Shown here: in pieces, positions 17,722-26,698 of the stretch
Layout of the letters: the number at the start of each line of letters is the position of its first letter
Position numbering within the stretch: position 1 is the stretch's first letter
From: Minisyncoccota bacterium
Lineage (GTDB): Bacteria > Patescibacteriota > Minisyncoccia > Phycocordibacterales > UBA9973
DNA: 64,000 bases
Reading direction: 5' to 3'
NCBI GenBank assembly: GCA_041662525.1
Contig: JBAZSF010000001.1
Location: forward strand, 105,383-169,382
The notes under the pieces: model-generated
Told to the model about the DNA's origin: nothing
The model's input: only the letters and a program-made list of their open reading frames with translations
Databases searched by the model: none
Made by a program: the position numbers and the translations under genes

Positions 17722-18168
17722 CTAACGCTTTGACCACTGAGGTGCCTTACGAGCTTTCTTGAGACCGAATTTTCTTCGTTCTTTAGCTCTCGGATCACGC
17801 TTTAGAAAACCTAATTTTTTCAAACTATCACGCAAAGTAATGTCTGATTCTATAAGAGCGCGGGCAAGCCCGTGGCGAACTGCTTCTGATTGAGAATGGA
17901 TTCCACCACCCGAAACATGCGCTTCTACTCCCCATTTTACATCTGACTTAGTTCCGCTAGTTGAAACTCCTTTTATCATTGGATCCAAAATTAAACGACG
18001 CTGATCTTCTGTTTTAAAATATTCTTTGGCATCTTTACCATTCACTATAAAATGAGCTTTGGTTACTTCTGTGATTCGCACTCTAGCAGTGGAAGTCTTT
18101 CTTCTTCCTACGGCTTCAATATATTTTCCTTTTTTTTCTGTGTCTTTATCCATATTTTTAGTCTTCAA
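17722..18168 (-). CDS. rpsI: 30S ribosomal protein S9
   Basis: C-terminal '...RKFGLKKARKAPQWSKR' signature of S9. Confidence 0.9.
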   Translation of the reverse strand: MKTKNMDKDTEKKGKYIEAVGRRKTSTARVRITEVTKAHFIVNGKDAKEYFKTEDQRRLILDPMIKGVSTSGTKSDVKWGVEAHVSGGGIHSQSEAVRHGLARALIESDITLRDSLKKLGFLKRDPRAKERRKFGLKKARKAPQWSKR

Positions 18169-18586
18169 TTGTTAAATTTTTCATCATAATTCTACGTAAT
18201 TTATTTCCTGGAAGCATTTGATATGTGGCAAGCTTGATTAATTCTTTTAATCCTTTTTTCTCAGCTGTTTCTGTACCTTTTAAAATACGAAGTCCACCAG
18301 GAATACCTGAATATCTAGTATGATAAATTTCAGCCAATTTTTTTGTGGTGATACGAAGCTTACTTGCATTGATTACTTTTACAGGAAAACCAGAGTAAAC
18401 ATTGCGTTCAAAGGTCGCTTTTGTTTTACCCATCAAAGACATCGCCACTTCTGACGCCACCCTGCCCAGGGTTCTACCGCTAGCATCAATTATTTTTACC
18501 TCTCTAACTTTTTTGGTTTCTTTGGTTTTGTTTTTTTCTGTTTTCATTATTTTTTTCAAAATTAATTCAAGATTGACTCTAGACAA
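18158..18586 (-). CDS. rplM: 50S ribosomal protein L13
   Basis: 'IIDASGRTLGRVASEVAMSLMGK' L13 N-terminal signature. Confidence 0.9.
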   Translation of the reverse strand: MSRVNLELILKKIMKTEKNKTKETKKVREVKIIDASGRTLGRVASEVAMSLMGKTKATFERNVYSGFPVKVINASKLRITTKKLAEIYHTRYSGIPGGLRILKGTETAEKKGLKELIKLATYQMLPGNKLRRIMMKNLTIED

Positions 18587-18932
18587 ATTCTATAATTGCC
18601 ATCTTAGCGCCATCCGACTTTCTAGCTCCTAATTTTAAAATTCTTGTATAGCCACCTTTTTTATCAGTATATCTTGGAGCTATCACATCAAAAAGTTTCT
18701 TAACTTCGGAACTGCGGTTTGAAAGCTTTGCAATTATAAGTCTGCGGGTGGCTAAACTACCTCCCTTTGCTCGAGTGACAAGCTTCTCCATGAAAGGTCG
18801 CAACTCACGCGCTTTAGGTTCAGTCGTTTTTATTTTTTCACGCACTATTAAATTGAGCGCTAAAGAATTTAAAAGTGCTTTCTTTTGTGTTTTATTTCTA
18901 CCAAATTTTCTAACGTTATTGTGGTGTCGCAT
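18579..18932 (-). CDS. rplQ: 50S ribosomal protein L17
   Basis: 'MRHHNNVRKFGRNKTQKKALLNSLA...TTEPKARELRPFMEKLVTRAK'. Confidence 0.9.
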   Translation of the reverse strand: MRHHNNVRKFGRNKTQKKALLNSLALNLIVREKIKTTEPKARELRPFMEKLVTRAKGGSLATRRLIIAKLSNRSSEVKKLFDVIAPRYTDKKGGYTRILKLGARKSDGAKMAIIEFV

Positions 18933-18937
18933 ATAAA

Positions 18938-19954
18938 TTATTCTTTTAAGTTCAGGCCAAATTTATTTAAAACTTTCTTTATCTCTGTGATACCTTTTTC
19001 TCCGATCCCCTCGATCTCAAGCAAATCTTCTCTTTTTTTGCGAGCCAATCCTCCTAAAGTTCGAATATTTGCAGAAGTAAGCGCATTCAATGTTCTGGTA
19101 GAAAGATCCAGACTATCTGTACGAGTCTTTAAAACATCAACAAAATCACCTCCTTTTTTATCTTCTGTTTCATCTTTTTCTTCTTCTTTGGAAATCTTTT
19201 TACTAATCTTCACTTCTTCTTCTGTTTCCTTGAAATCAATAATCGACTTCAATTGATTTATCATAATTTCAATAGAACGGGAGAGAGCTTCTCGAGCTGA
19301 AAGTGTACCATCTGTCTCAATGGAAATTCTTAAACGATTGTGGTTTGTTTTATCACCAACACGCATATTTTCAACTTCATAGGCAACTCTGCGAATCGGA
19401 GAAAAAATTGCGTCAACAGCAATAGTACCAACATCCACTTTTTCTTTTTGAAAAGCTTCTTTTGAAATAAAACCTAAACCTTTTTCAATCTTCATTTCTA
19501 TGTTTAAGTTTACTTTCCCAGTAACTTCAACTATATGAAGTTCAGGGTTTAAGATTTCTACTTGTCCACCAGTTTTTGTATCTCCCGCTAAAACATCCTT
19601 AGGACCTTTTACGGAGAGCGTAACTGTTTGAGGTTCATCAGAAATCATTTTGAAACGAATTTTTTTCAAGTTCAAAATCATTACAATAACATCTTCTTTG
19701 ATTCCATCCATAGTCTGAAACTCATGACTTACCCCATCAATCTTTATAGAAGTAATACTAGCACCTGGAAGAGAAGAAAGAATAATTCTTCTTAAGCTGT
19801 TCCCTAATGTATGACCATATCCAGGATAGAGACCATCTATTTCAAATATTCCTTTATTGCCTTCCTCTAAAACAACACGAGGTTTTGAAGGCATAATTAT
19901 TTTATATTCAGGCATAAAAATTTTTATAATTAATTTGTAATAATAATTGTCCAC
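18938..19954 (-). CDS. rpoA: DNA-directed RNA polymerase alpha subunit (true start probably an internal Met near 19894-19915)
   Basis: 'GHTLGNSLRRIILSSLPGASITSIKIDGVSHEF', C-terminal alpha-CTD-like region. Confidence 0.9.
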   Translation of the reverse strand: MDNYYYKLIIKIFMPEYKIIMPSKPRVVLEEGNKGIFEIDGLYPGYGHTLGNSLRRIILSSLPGASITSIKIDGVSHEFQTMDGIKEDVIVMILNLKKIRFKMISDEPQTVTLSVKGPKDVLAGDTKTGGQVEILNPELHIVEVTGKVNLNIEMKIEKGLGFISKEAFQKEKVDVGTIAVDAIFSPIRRVAYEVENMRVGDKTNHNRLRISIETDGTLSAREALSRSIEIMINQLKSIIDFKETEEEVKISKKISKEEEKDETEDKKGGDFVDVLKTRTDSLDLSTRTLNALTSANIRTLGGLARKKREDLLEIEGIGEKGITEIKKVLNKFGLNLKE

Positions 19955-19987
19955 CCTGCCCCATCTAACGAAGCAGAACGGAATAAT

Positions 19988-20590
19988 TTAACGACTATAA
20001 AATTCAAGAACGGCATTAATATTAAGAAAAGTTTCAATATTTTTTGGCTTAGCTAAAATGCGTCCTTCCATATTATTTAAATCAAAACTAACCCAAGTTG
20101 GCGCCGTATAGTCTTTTAATTTATCTGTAAGATTTTCAAAAATTTTCTTTACTTTACTTCCTTCACGAATCTTTATAATATCTCCGATTTTTACTTCAAA
20201 AGAAGGAACAGTTACTTTATGGTTATTTACAATAAAATGCCCATGGGAAACCATTTGTCTAGCTGCACGACGACTAGCACCAAGACCCATTCTGTAAATT
20301 ACATTATCAAGACGAGATTCAAGTCCTTCGTAAAGCTTATCGGCTGTTCCAGCACCTTTAATATTGGAAACTTTTTTAACATAATTAGAAAGTTGACGTT
20401 CTGATATTCCATATGAGAAACGTATTTTTTGCTTTTCAATAAGCTGTACCCCGTACTCAGTAGGAGCTTTTGGACGTTTGCCTCCAGGTAAGGTTTTTGT
20501 AGAAGAAGCTGAAAATTTGGTAGTTTGACATTTATCATAAACACCTGGGCCAAGTCTTCTACAAATTTTAAATTTTGGTTTTGATATCAT
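19988..20590 (-). CDS. rpsD: 30S ribosomal protein S4
   Basis: 'KICRRLGPGVYDKC', S4 domain, 200 aa. Confidence 0.9.
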   Translation of the reverse strand: MISKPKFKICRRLGPGVYDKCQTTKFSASSTKTLPGGKRPKAPTEYGVQLIEKQKIRFSYGISERQLSNYVKKVSNIKGAGTADKLYEGLESRLDNVIYRMGLGASRRAARQMVSHGHFIVNNHKVTVPSFEVKIGDIIKIREGSKVKKIFENLTDKLKDYTAPTWVSFDLNNMEGRILAKPKNIETFLNINAVLEFYSR

Positions 20591-20609
20591 AAATTTTTAT
20601 TCTTATTTT

Positions 20610-21047
20610 TTATACTCGTCTTGGCTTCTTAGCTTTTGGTCCATTGTGAGGCACTGGTGTCGCATCTAGTATAGAAGTAATCTCTATACCATGAGCCATA
20701 AAAGCTCTGACAGCAGGTTCCCGGCCGGACCCAACTCCCAAGATAACCACATCAGCATCTTTTACCCCAAGAGCTTCTGCTTTACCGCCAATAATATCCC
20801 CCACTTTTGATGCTGCGAAAGGAGTTCCCTTTTTTGCTCCTCTAAAACCCAAACTTCCAGCACTTGACCAAAATAATGTATTACCTAATTTATCTGAAAA
20901 AAGAACTTTTGTATTATTAAATGTAGCTTCAACGTGTAAAACACCAGAATTGATTTTCTTTTTTGCTGTTTTAGATGAAACTTTTTTTATTTCTTCTGTT
21001 CCAGCTTCCTCTTTATTTACTTCTTTTGTTATTTTATCTTTTGCCAT
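20610..21047 (-). CDS. rpsK: 30S ribosomal protein S11
   Basis: 'HVEATFNNTKVLFSDKLGNTLFWSSAGSLGFRGAKKGTPFAA'. Confidence 0.9.
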   Translation of the reverse strand: MAKDKITKEVNKEEAGTEEIKKVSSKTAKKKINSGVLHVEATFNNTKVLFSDKLGNTLFWSSAGSLGFRGAKKGTPFAASKVGDIIGGKAEALGVKDADVVILGVGSGREPAVRAFMAHGIEITSILDATPVPHNGPKAKKPRRV

Positions 21048-21080
21048 TTTTTATTTTAATTATTCTAGAAACTTTTTACT

Positions 21081-21461
21081 TTATGTCTTACTCTCTTTTC
21101 TCTTTCCTGAAGCCATTGTTTTTCTGACGTTACCTCTGATAGTTCTAGAATTCGTTTTGGTGCGCTGTCCGCGAACAGGCAATCTTTTCATATGACGCAC
21201 TCCTCGATAACTTTTTATGTCTTTTAATCTTTTTATATTGGAAGCTACTTCTCTTTTTAAATTTCCTTCAATTGATATTTTCTCCACAATCAAACGAATA
21301 TTGTTCTCTTCATCTAAAGTCAAATCTTTTGATTTTTTACCATAGTCAATACCGACTTGATCTAGAATTTTACGAGCAGAAGAAATACCAACACCGTATA
21401 GGCAGGTTAAACCAATTTCAAGTCTTTTTTCATTTGGTACTGTAATTCCTAATATTCTCAT
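21081..21461 (-). CDS. rpsM: 30S ribosomal protein S13
   Basis: 'MRILGITVPNEKRLEIGLTCLYGVG', basic C-terminus. Confidence 0.9.
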   Translation of the reverse strand: MRILGITVPNEKRLEIGLTCLYGVGISSARKILDQVGIDYGKKSKDLTLDEENNIRLIVEKISIEGNLKREVASNIKRLKDIKSYRGVRHMKRLPVRGQRTKTNSRTIRGNVRKTMASGKRKESKT

Positions 21462-21464
21462 AAA

Positions 21465-21575
21465 TTATTGTTTTTGTTTATGTTTAGGATTAGAGCAAAT
21501 TATCCTTAAATGTCTGGCTCTTTTAACCATTTTACAATTGGCACAAATTTTTTTTACTGCTGATTTTATTTTCAT
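21465..21575 (-). CDS. rpmJ: 50S ribosomal protein L36 (absent from the supplied ORF track; found by manual translation)
   Basis: Reverse-strand translation gives [36 protein letters not shown], a canonical L36 with C..C..C..H zinc ribbon, immediately upstream of rpsM. Confidence 0.85.
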   Translation of the reverse strand: MKIKSAVKKICANCKMVKRARHLRIICSNPKHKQKQ

Positions 21576-21699
21576 AAAAAATTCTTATTCAAAACAAGAT
21601 AAAAGAAAAACAGGGAAAATACCCTTATTTTTCAATACTATAACTTTCTAAAAACTATAATTGATATAATACACTATTATTAAAAAAATTACAACCTAA

Positions 21700-21933
21700 T
21701 TACAATCTTTTGATTATTCTACCCTTTCCACCATACGGATCGAGTACCATTTCGACTGAATCCCCAATCAAAACTTTAATTCTATGCATGCGCATTTTTC
21801 CCCCGAGGTATGCTAAAATTTCTTTCTCGCCTTCTGTTTTGTCTTCTATTTTAACTCTGAATAAAGTAGACGGCAAAGCCTCAGTGACCACTCCTCGAGC
21901 TGTTGCTATTTTTTCTTTTCTTAAATCACTCAT
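21700..21933 (-). CDS. infA: Translation initiation factor IF-1
   Basis: 'GVVTEALPSTLFRVKIED...GGKMRMHRIKVLIGDSVEMVLDPYGGKGRI' S1-like OB fold of IF-1. Confidence 0.9.
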   Translation of the reverse strand: MSDLRKEKIATARGVVTEALPSTLFRVKIEDKTEGEKEILAYLGGKMRMHRIKVLIGDSVEMVLDPYGGKGRIIKRL

Positions 21934-22011
21934 GTATATATTATAACTATAGTAAAATTAGATAAAAGAGTCAATAGAAAATTGTTTAATTTATATCCTG
22001 CGTTAATAAAT

Positions 22012-23265
22012 TTATTTTAAATAATCTACAGTCACTTTTATATTTTTAATTTTACTAGGAAGAGATTGAATCCAGGGAGGATTTAATTTTACAAGAGTAG
22101 AATCAATGTTAGAATACTGTGACAAAATTTGGTTAAAATCTTTTTTTGGTTTATTTAATAAATCAACAGTAAATTTATCTATATCTAGTTTCCAAACTAT
22201 TTTAAGAGCACCTGATAAATTAAAATTTATATTCTTCACACTATCAAATAAAATATTTTCTTTATCAGAGAGAGAGAAAGTTAAATCTTTGATATTTGGT
22301 ATATAAACTTCACTTCCATCATATTTATCAATATTATCTTTTGCAATTTTTTGAGTTAGTTTTTGTTCATTAAAAATGATACCGTAAAGCGTTCCTTTTA
22401 GGGTTAAAACTACAGAACCAAGAGGAGATACTGGACCAATTATAAAATCATCAGTTTTTAAGGATGTAGCATTTTTGTATAATAAAAATCCTGGAATTTG
22501 ATTAGAAATTTCATTAAAAAGTTTATTTTCTAAAATTGTCTTTAATTCACGCTCTATTTCTATTTTTTGTAAGTCACTGACTTGATGAGACTTGCCAATA
22601 ATTCCACCAGCTATGTCCCCCACTGATCTGCCGTAAAACTTTTCATATTTAGTCGTTCCCTTAAAACCAGATATTTTAAAATCAAGCGGGGTACTATTAT
22701 AATCCGCTCCCTCTATCGCCGCATAAATACCGACACTGACTTGTCCTGGAGTACCATTTTTCTTCATACCTGGAATCACCACCCTTGTACTCGTTTTGTA
22801 CATTTTGCCATTAGACCCGTCTAGGCGTGTATCGATCGACAATATTTGAGAAGATGAACTAAATTTATTATAAAGAATAATTGAACCTTTAGCTTTTTCA
22901 TTAAAATCTTTTTCTTCTAAAGAAATAGTCTTTGATGCATCTCCAGAGATATGAGTGAGCTCAAAAGGCAAAACATCAACACCAGCATCAATACTGGCGG
23001 ATAAATTTTTATTTAAAACAATGTTTTTTGTTTTTAAAAATACTGAAACTTCAGCTTTTGAAAACAAAAATGAAAAGGCAAAAAAACAAAATATTATAGA
23101 CACCAATGCTACAAACCAAAGCATGTATCGATATTTATTTTTAGAATGTTTAATTTCTTCATCAACCAAATTAACAGAGCGCTCCATTTTTATTGGTTCT
23201 TTTTTAGGGATATACTTTTTATAGTTTTTTACCCTGACCATGTCTTCTAGGAGGTGTTTAGACAT
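22012..23265 (-). CDS. Hypothetical membrane-anchored protein (single N-terminal TM, large extracytoplasmic domain); possible PilN/PilO-like partner of the upstream actin-fold ATPase
   Basis: One TM 'YMLWFVALVSIIFCFFAFSFLF' after a ~45-aa cytoplasmic N-terminus; start is 3 nt after the stop of the PilM/FtsA-like gene. Confidence 0.35.
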   Translation of the reverse strand: MSKHLLEDMVRVKNYKKYIPKKEPIKMERSVNLVDEEIKHSKNKYRYMLWFVALVSIIFCFFAFSFLFSKAEVSVFLKTKNIVLNKNLSASIDAGVDVLPFELTHISGDASKTISLEEKDFNEKAKGSIILYNKFSSSSQILSIDTRLDGSNGKMYKTSTRVVIPGMKKNGTPGQVSVGIYAAIEGADYNSTPLDFKISGFKGTTKYEKFYGRSVGDIAGGIIGKSHQVSDLQKIEIERELKTILENKLFNEISNQIPGFLLYKNATSLKTDDFIIGPVSPLGSVVLTLKGTLYGIIFNEQKLTQKIAKDNIDKYDGSEVYIPNIKDLTFSLSDKENILFDSVKNINFNLSGALKIVWKLDIDKFTVDLLNKPKKDFNQILSQYSNIDSTLVKLNPPWIQSLPSKIKNIKVTVDYLK

Positions 23266-23267
23266 AA

Positions 23268-24467
23268 TTATGCTTGCCCCGATATAGTGGGGTAAATTAA
23301 AAAACGATTAATGTAAACAGAATCAATAATTAAAAAAGGTTCACGAAATACATTTTCCTTAAATGCTACAATTCCTTCAAGAAATTTTTCATTTAAAAAA
23401 ATAGTTTCAAACTTTGATTCTGTTAAAGTATATTGACTAAATTGTTCAGTTTTAATTGTTTCAGAGAAAAAATCTACTAAATCTTTATCAATAATTATAA
23501 AAATAGTTGATGGAATAGAAATGTCATTCGATAAATTAGCCAAGGAGTCTTGAAATTTCTTCAACCATTCGGTTCTTAATTTATTTAAAATTACTGTGAG
23601 TTTTTTAGCCATGGATTCTTCTGCATGTCCATCTCTAAAAAGAGAAATAAGAGATTCAGCCTCACCCAAGGTACAATTTAAATCTAAGGCAACTCCACGT
23701 GTTAAAAAATTACACCCAAGAGGAAAAGACACCGACTCACGCAAGGTATCCTTTTTTATCATAGATATATCCGTCACTTCTCCACCTATTTCTAATAAAA
23801 GAAAATTTTCTTGTTTTTTATATATATCCCGTACTGTTGTAAAAAAAGACAATAGAAAAGAAGAAAATCTTATTTGTTTAAAATGAAAATATTTACCTAT
23901 TGTATTCTCTATTTTTTTTAATATTTGTTCTCCACTCATAGAAACAAAAATATTCATTTCTAATTCTTTAATTTTTTTATTAAAGAACTCAGACGTTTCG
24001 TAACCATTTAGCATTATTTTAATATTTTTAAGTTCAATCATTCGAATTCTGTTATCAATATTACCATATTTCAATGTATGTTCTTCTTCGAAAAGTTTTA
24101 TTTCTTTTTGTATTAATTCATCAGCCAATTTTTCAGTAAATAAAAAGGGTGTATTTTTCTTTAAATTAATTATTCTTGTTTGAGAAATACACCAAGGAGA
24201 AGATAAAACGCAAAAAGTCTGGGAGGGTGTACCCAAGCCTGCTTTGTAAATTTTTTCAACAACAATATCTAGAGATTTTATTGTAGATAATAAAAAATTA
24301 TCAATATTAATCTTTTCTTCTATTTTTATAAACTCTTTAGTAGAAAAAATTATTTTAGGAATTCCAGAGCTTTGTGCCTCCAAAAGTGCTCCATCTACAG
24401 AAGAGGACCTAATATTAAAAACTAGCACTAACTCACTTTTTTCTTTAAATTTAGAAAAAATACTCAT
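23268..24467 (-). CDS. PilM/FtsA-like actin-fold ATPase (start probably ATG at 24467; track start 24503 is a TTG inside a conserved noncoding element)
   Basis: 'LVLVFNIRSSSVDGALLE' (phosphate-1-like) and 'LLLEIGGEVTDISMIKKDTLRESVSFPLGCNFLTRGVALDLNCTLGEAESL' resembling the FtsA/PilM 'DiGggtTDi...ipiGG..it.dIa' motif. Confidence 0.5.
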   Translation of the reverse strand: MSIFSKFKEKSELVLVFNIRSSSVDGALLEAQSSGIPKIIFSTKEFIKIEEKINIDNFLLSTIKSLDIVVEKIYKAGLGTPSQTFCVLSSPWCISQTRIINLKKNTPFLFTEKLADELIQKEIKLFEEEHTLKYGNIDNRIRMIELKNIKIMLNGYETSEFFNKKIKELEMNIFVSMSGEQILKKIENTIGKYFHFKQIRFSSFLLSFFTTVRDIYKKQENFLLLEIGGEVTDISMIKKDTLRESVSFPLGCNFLTRGVALDLNCTLGEAESLISLFRDGHAEESMAKKLTVILNKLRTEWLKKFQDSLANLSNDISIPSTIFIIIDKDLVDFFSETIKTEQFSQYTLTESKFETIFLNEKFLEGIVAFKENVFREPFLIIDSVYINRFLIYPTISGQA

Positions 24468-24486
24468 GTAATAATTATAACAACAA

Positions 24487-24554
24487 ACGAGGAGCATAAA
24501 CAAGTTTATTTGTTTAATGTCCGAGTGCCGTTGTTATATGGTAATCCATATAGC
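24487..24554. promoter_or_regulatory. Conserved ~70-bp promoter/operator module, copy 1: 18-bp palindrome TATATGG-N4-CCATATA plus AAACAA..TTGTTT palindrome, then TATAAT just upstream of the pilM/ftsA-like gene
   Basis: Near-identical to 39620-39688 upstream of clpB (sequences compared directly). Confidence 0.55.
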
Positions 24555-24573
24555 ATAAACAAAAACCAAAAAA

Positions 24574-26214
24574 CTACAGAAGCACAGCTTTTATGCGTCG
24601 TATTCCATGCGCTACTGCCTCTTCTTTTTGAATTTTAAATATACCCAATTCTGAAGTATTGGAAACATGCGGACCACCGCAAAATTCTCTACTAAAATAT
24701 CCAGTTTTTTCATCCCCTATGGAATAAACCTTAACCATATCGCCATATTTTTCATTAAAAGAATGTGTGGCTATTTTTTCTGCATCCACTTTAGACATTT
24801 CCATAAAACCAACTGGTAATTTTTCAGCGATTTTATCATTTACGATTTCTTCTACTTTTTTCTTTTCCTCTTCAGTCATCTTTTGTGAATGGGTAAAATC
24901 AAAACGTAATCGCTCTCCAGTAATATTGCTTCCCTTTTGCATGACATGATTACCGAGCACTTGCCTGAGAGCAGCATTTAATAAATGCGTAGCGGTGTGC
25001 AATTTTTTGGCTTCTTCTCCCCCATCTGCCAATCCTCCCTTAAACATTCCGACCGAAGCTGTTTGAGATAATTTTTGATGATCTGCCATTTTTTTATTAA
25101 AATCATCTAAATCAATTTCTTTTCCTTTTTCTTTCGCTAATTCTTGAGTAAGCTCTATCGGAAAACCATAAGTAGTAAATAAAATAAATGGATCTATCCC
25201 TCTTTCAAATTCTTTTAAACCTTTTGCAAGTGTTTCTCTAAACTTAGTTTCTTCTTTTTCTATTTCTTCTTTGTCATCAAGAATATATACTTCTTTGTAA
25301 ATTTTTTTTATTTTTTCAATTTCTTGTCTTAAAGAATATTTAGAAAATCTAACCGCTCGTCTAATTAATCTTCGAAGAACATATCCTGCACCAGTGTTAG
25401 AGGGAGTAATACCATCTGAAATAATAAAAAGAGCAGCTTTTACATGATCAGCAACAATACGTTCCTCTCTATTTTCTTCATTACTAAAAACGTCAGTACC
25501 ATAAACACTTTTCTTTTTTTGAACAGTGGCAACTAATCGCTCGAAGCCCATCCCTGTATCTATTCCCAAAATATCTAATTTTTTCAAAGTTGCTTCACCT
25601 TTATCTAATTTCTCGCGCGAGCCATCACAAAAATATTCATTAAAAACTATGTTCCAAATTTCAACATCTTGACCGGTATCATTTTTACAATAAATTTCTG
25701 TTGTTGGACCACAGGGACCACAATCTCCCGTAGGCCCCCAAAAAACATCACTGCCCTCTTCACGGATGTCTTTCATCCCTAATTCTTTCCAAATTTTTTC
25801 AGATTCATTATCTCTCGGAACATTTTCACTTCCTTCATAAATTGTGACATACGAAATTTCCAAATTCATTTCTTTAGTAATAAATTCATAAGCGTATTTA
25901 ATTGCCTCTTTTCTTCCATAGCCGCCAAAAGAGAAATTTCCAAGCATTTCAAAAAATGTTAAGTGTGTAGAATCACCAACTTCGTCTATATCTCCAGTAC
26001 GGATACATTTTTGAGCCGTAGTAATATTTCTATTCCCAAAATCTTTATCAGCACTAGCTGGATTAGTATAGTACGGCTTAAACTGTTGCATTCCTGCAGT
26101 CGTAAAAAGCACCGATGGATCATTCTCTGGTACCAGTGAAGCTGAAGGAATTATTTTATGTCCTCTGTTCTCAAAAAATTTTAAAAATTTTAATCTAATT
26201 TCATCTGATTGCAT
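24574..26214 (-). CDS. alaS: Alanyl-tRNA synthetase, short form (546 aa; catalytic and editing motifs present, C-terminal domains absent)
   Basis: 'FLKFFENRGHKIIPSASLVPENDPSVLFTTAGMQQFKPYY' class II catalytic N-terminus; editing-site 'HTATHLLNAAL...CGGPHV'. Confidence 0.85.
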   Translation of the reverse strand: MQSDEIRLKFLKFFENRGHKIIPSASLVPENDPSVLFTTAGMQQFKPYYTNPASADKDFGNRNITTAQKCIRTGDIDEVGDSTHLTFFEMLGNFSFGGYGRKEAIKYAYEFITKEMNLEISYVTIYEGSENVPRDNESEKIWKELGMKDIREEGSDVFWGPTGDCGPCGPTTEIYCKNDTGQDVEIWNIVFNEYFCDGSREKLDKGEATLKKLDILGIDTGMGFERLVATVQKKKSVYGTDVFSNEENREERIVADHVKAALFIISDGITPSNTGAGYVLRRLIRRAVRFSKYSLRQEIEKIKKIYKEVYILDDKEEIEKEETKFRETLAKGLKEFERGIDPFILFTTYGFPIELTQELAKEKGKEIDLDDFNKKMADHQKLSQTASVGMFKGGLADGGEEAKKLHTATHLLNAALRQVLGNHVMQKGSNITGERLRFDFTHSQKMTEEEKKKVEEIVNDKIAEKLPVGFMEMSKVDAEKIATHSFNEKYGDMVKVYSIGDEKTGYFSREFCGGPHVSNTSELGIFKIQKEEAVAHGIRRIKAVLL

Positions 26215-26220
26215 ATATCT

Positions 26221-26691
26221 TTAATTCTTTATTTGATCTATCCCTTCAGAAATTTTCCTAATAGGTTTTTCAATAATATTTATTAAAATCAATATAAGGA
26301 GTACTAATATAGTGACAAAAATAGATAAACTAAAAAATCCAAAACCAGCAGCCATACCAATACCGGCAGTCACCCAAAGCCCACCAGCAGTAGTAAGACC
26401 TCTAAGCTGTGAACCATAAAGCATTATGGAACCAGCTCCTAAGAAACCAATACCTACTACGATTTGGGAAGGGATCATTGTAGGACTTAAACCTGGAAAA
26501 TTTATGTATTTTTGCACCATCGCTTCTGAAATTAATACAAAAACCGCCGAGCCTAAAGAAACAAGGGCATGTGTTTTCATCCCTGCATCCTTATGAACAA
26601 AAAATCTTTCTGCCCCTACCAAGAGTCCCAGCCCTACTGCTACCACTAATTTTAAAATTATTTCACTATTTTGTATAAAAAATTGTTCCAT
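26221..26691 (-). CDS. MgtC/SapB family membrane protein
   Basis: 'GLLVGAERFF...AGMKTHALVSLGSAVFVLIS' MgtC signature, 156 aa, 4-5 TM. Confidence 0.65.
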   Translation of the reverse strand: MEQFFIQNSEIILKLVVAVGLGLLVGAERFFVHKDAGMKTHALVSLGSAVFVLISEAMVQKYINFPGLSPTMIPSQIVVGIGFLGAGSIMLYGSQLRGLTTAGGLWVTAGIGMAAGFGFFSLSIFVTILVLLILILINIIEKPIRKISEGIDQIKN

Positions 26692-26698
26692 AGATTAA

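Noticed and set aside
24468-24503. TTG start (24503) for the PilM/FtsA-like gene
   Set aside because: The 5' extension falls inside the conserved noncoding promoter/operator element shared with the clpB upstream region; ATG at 24467 preferred.
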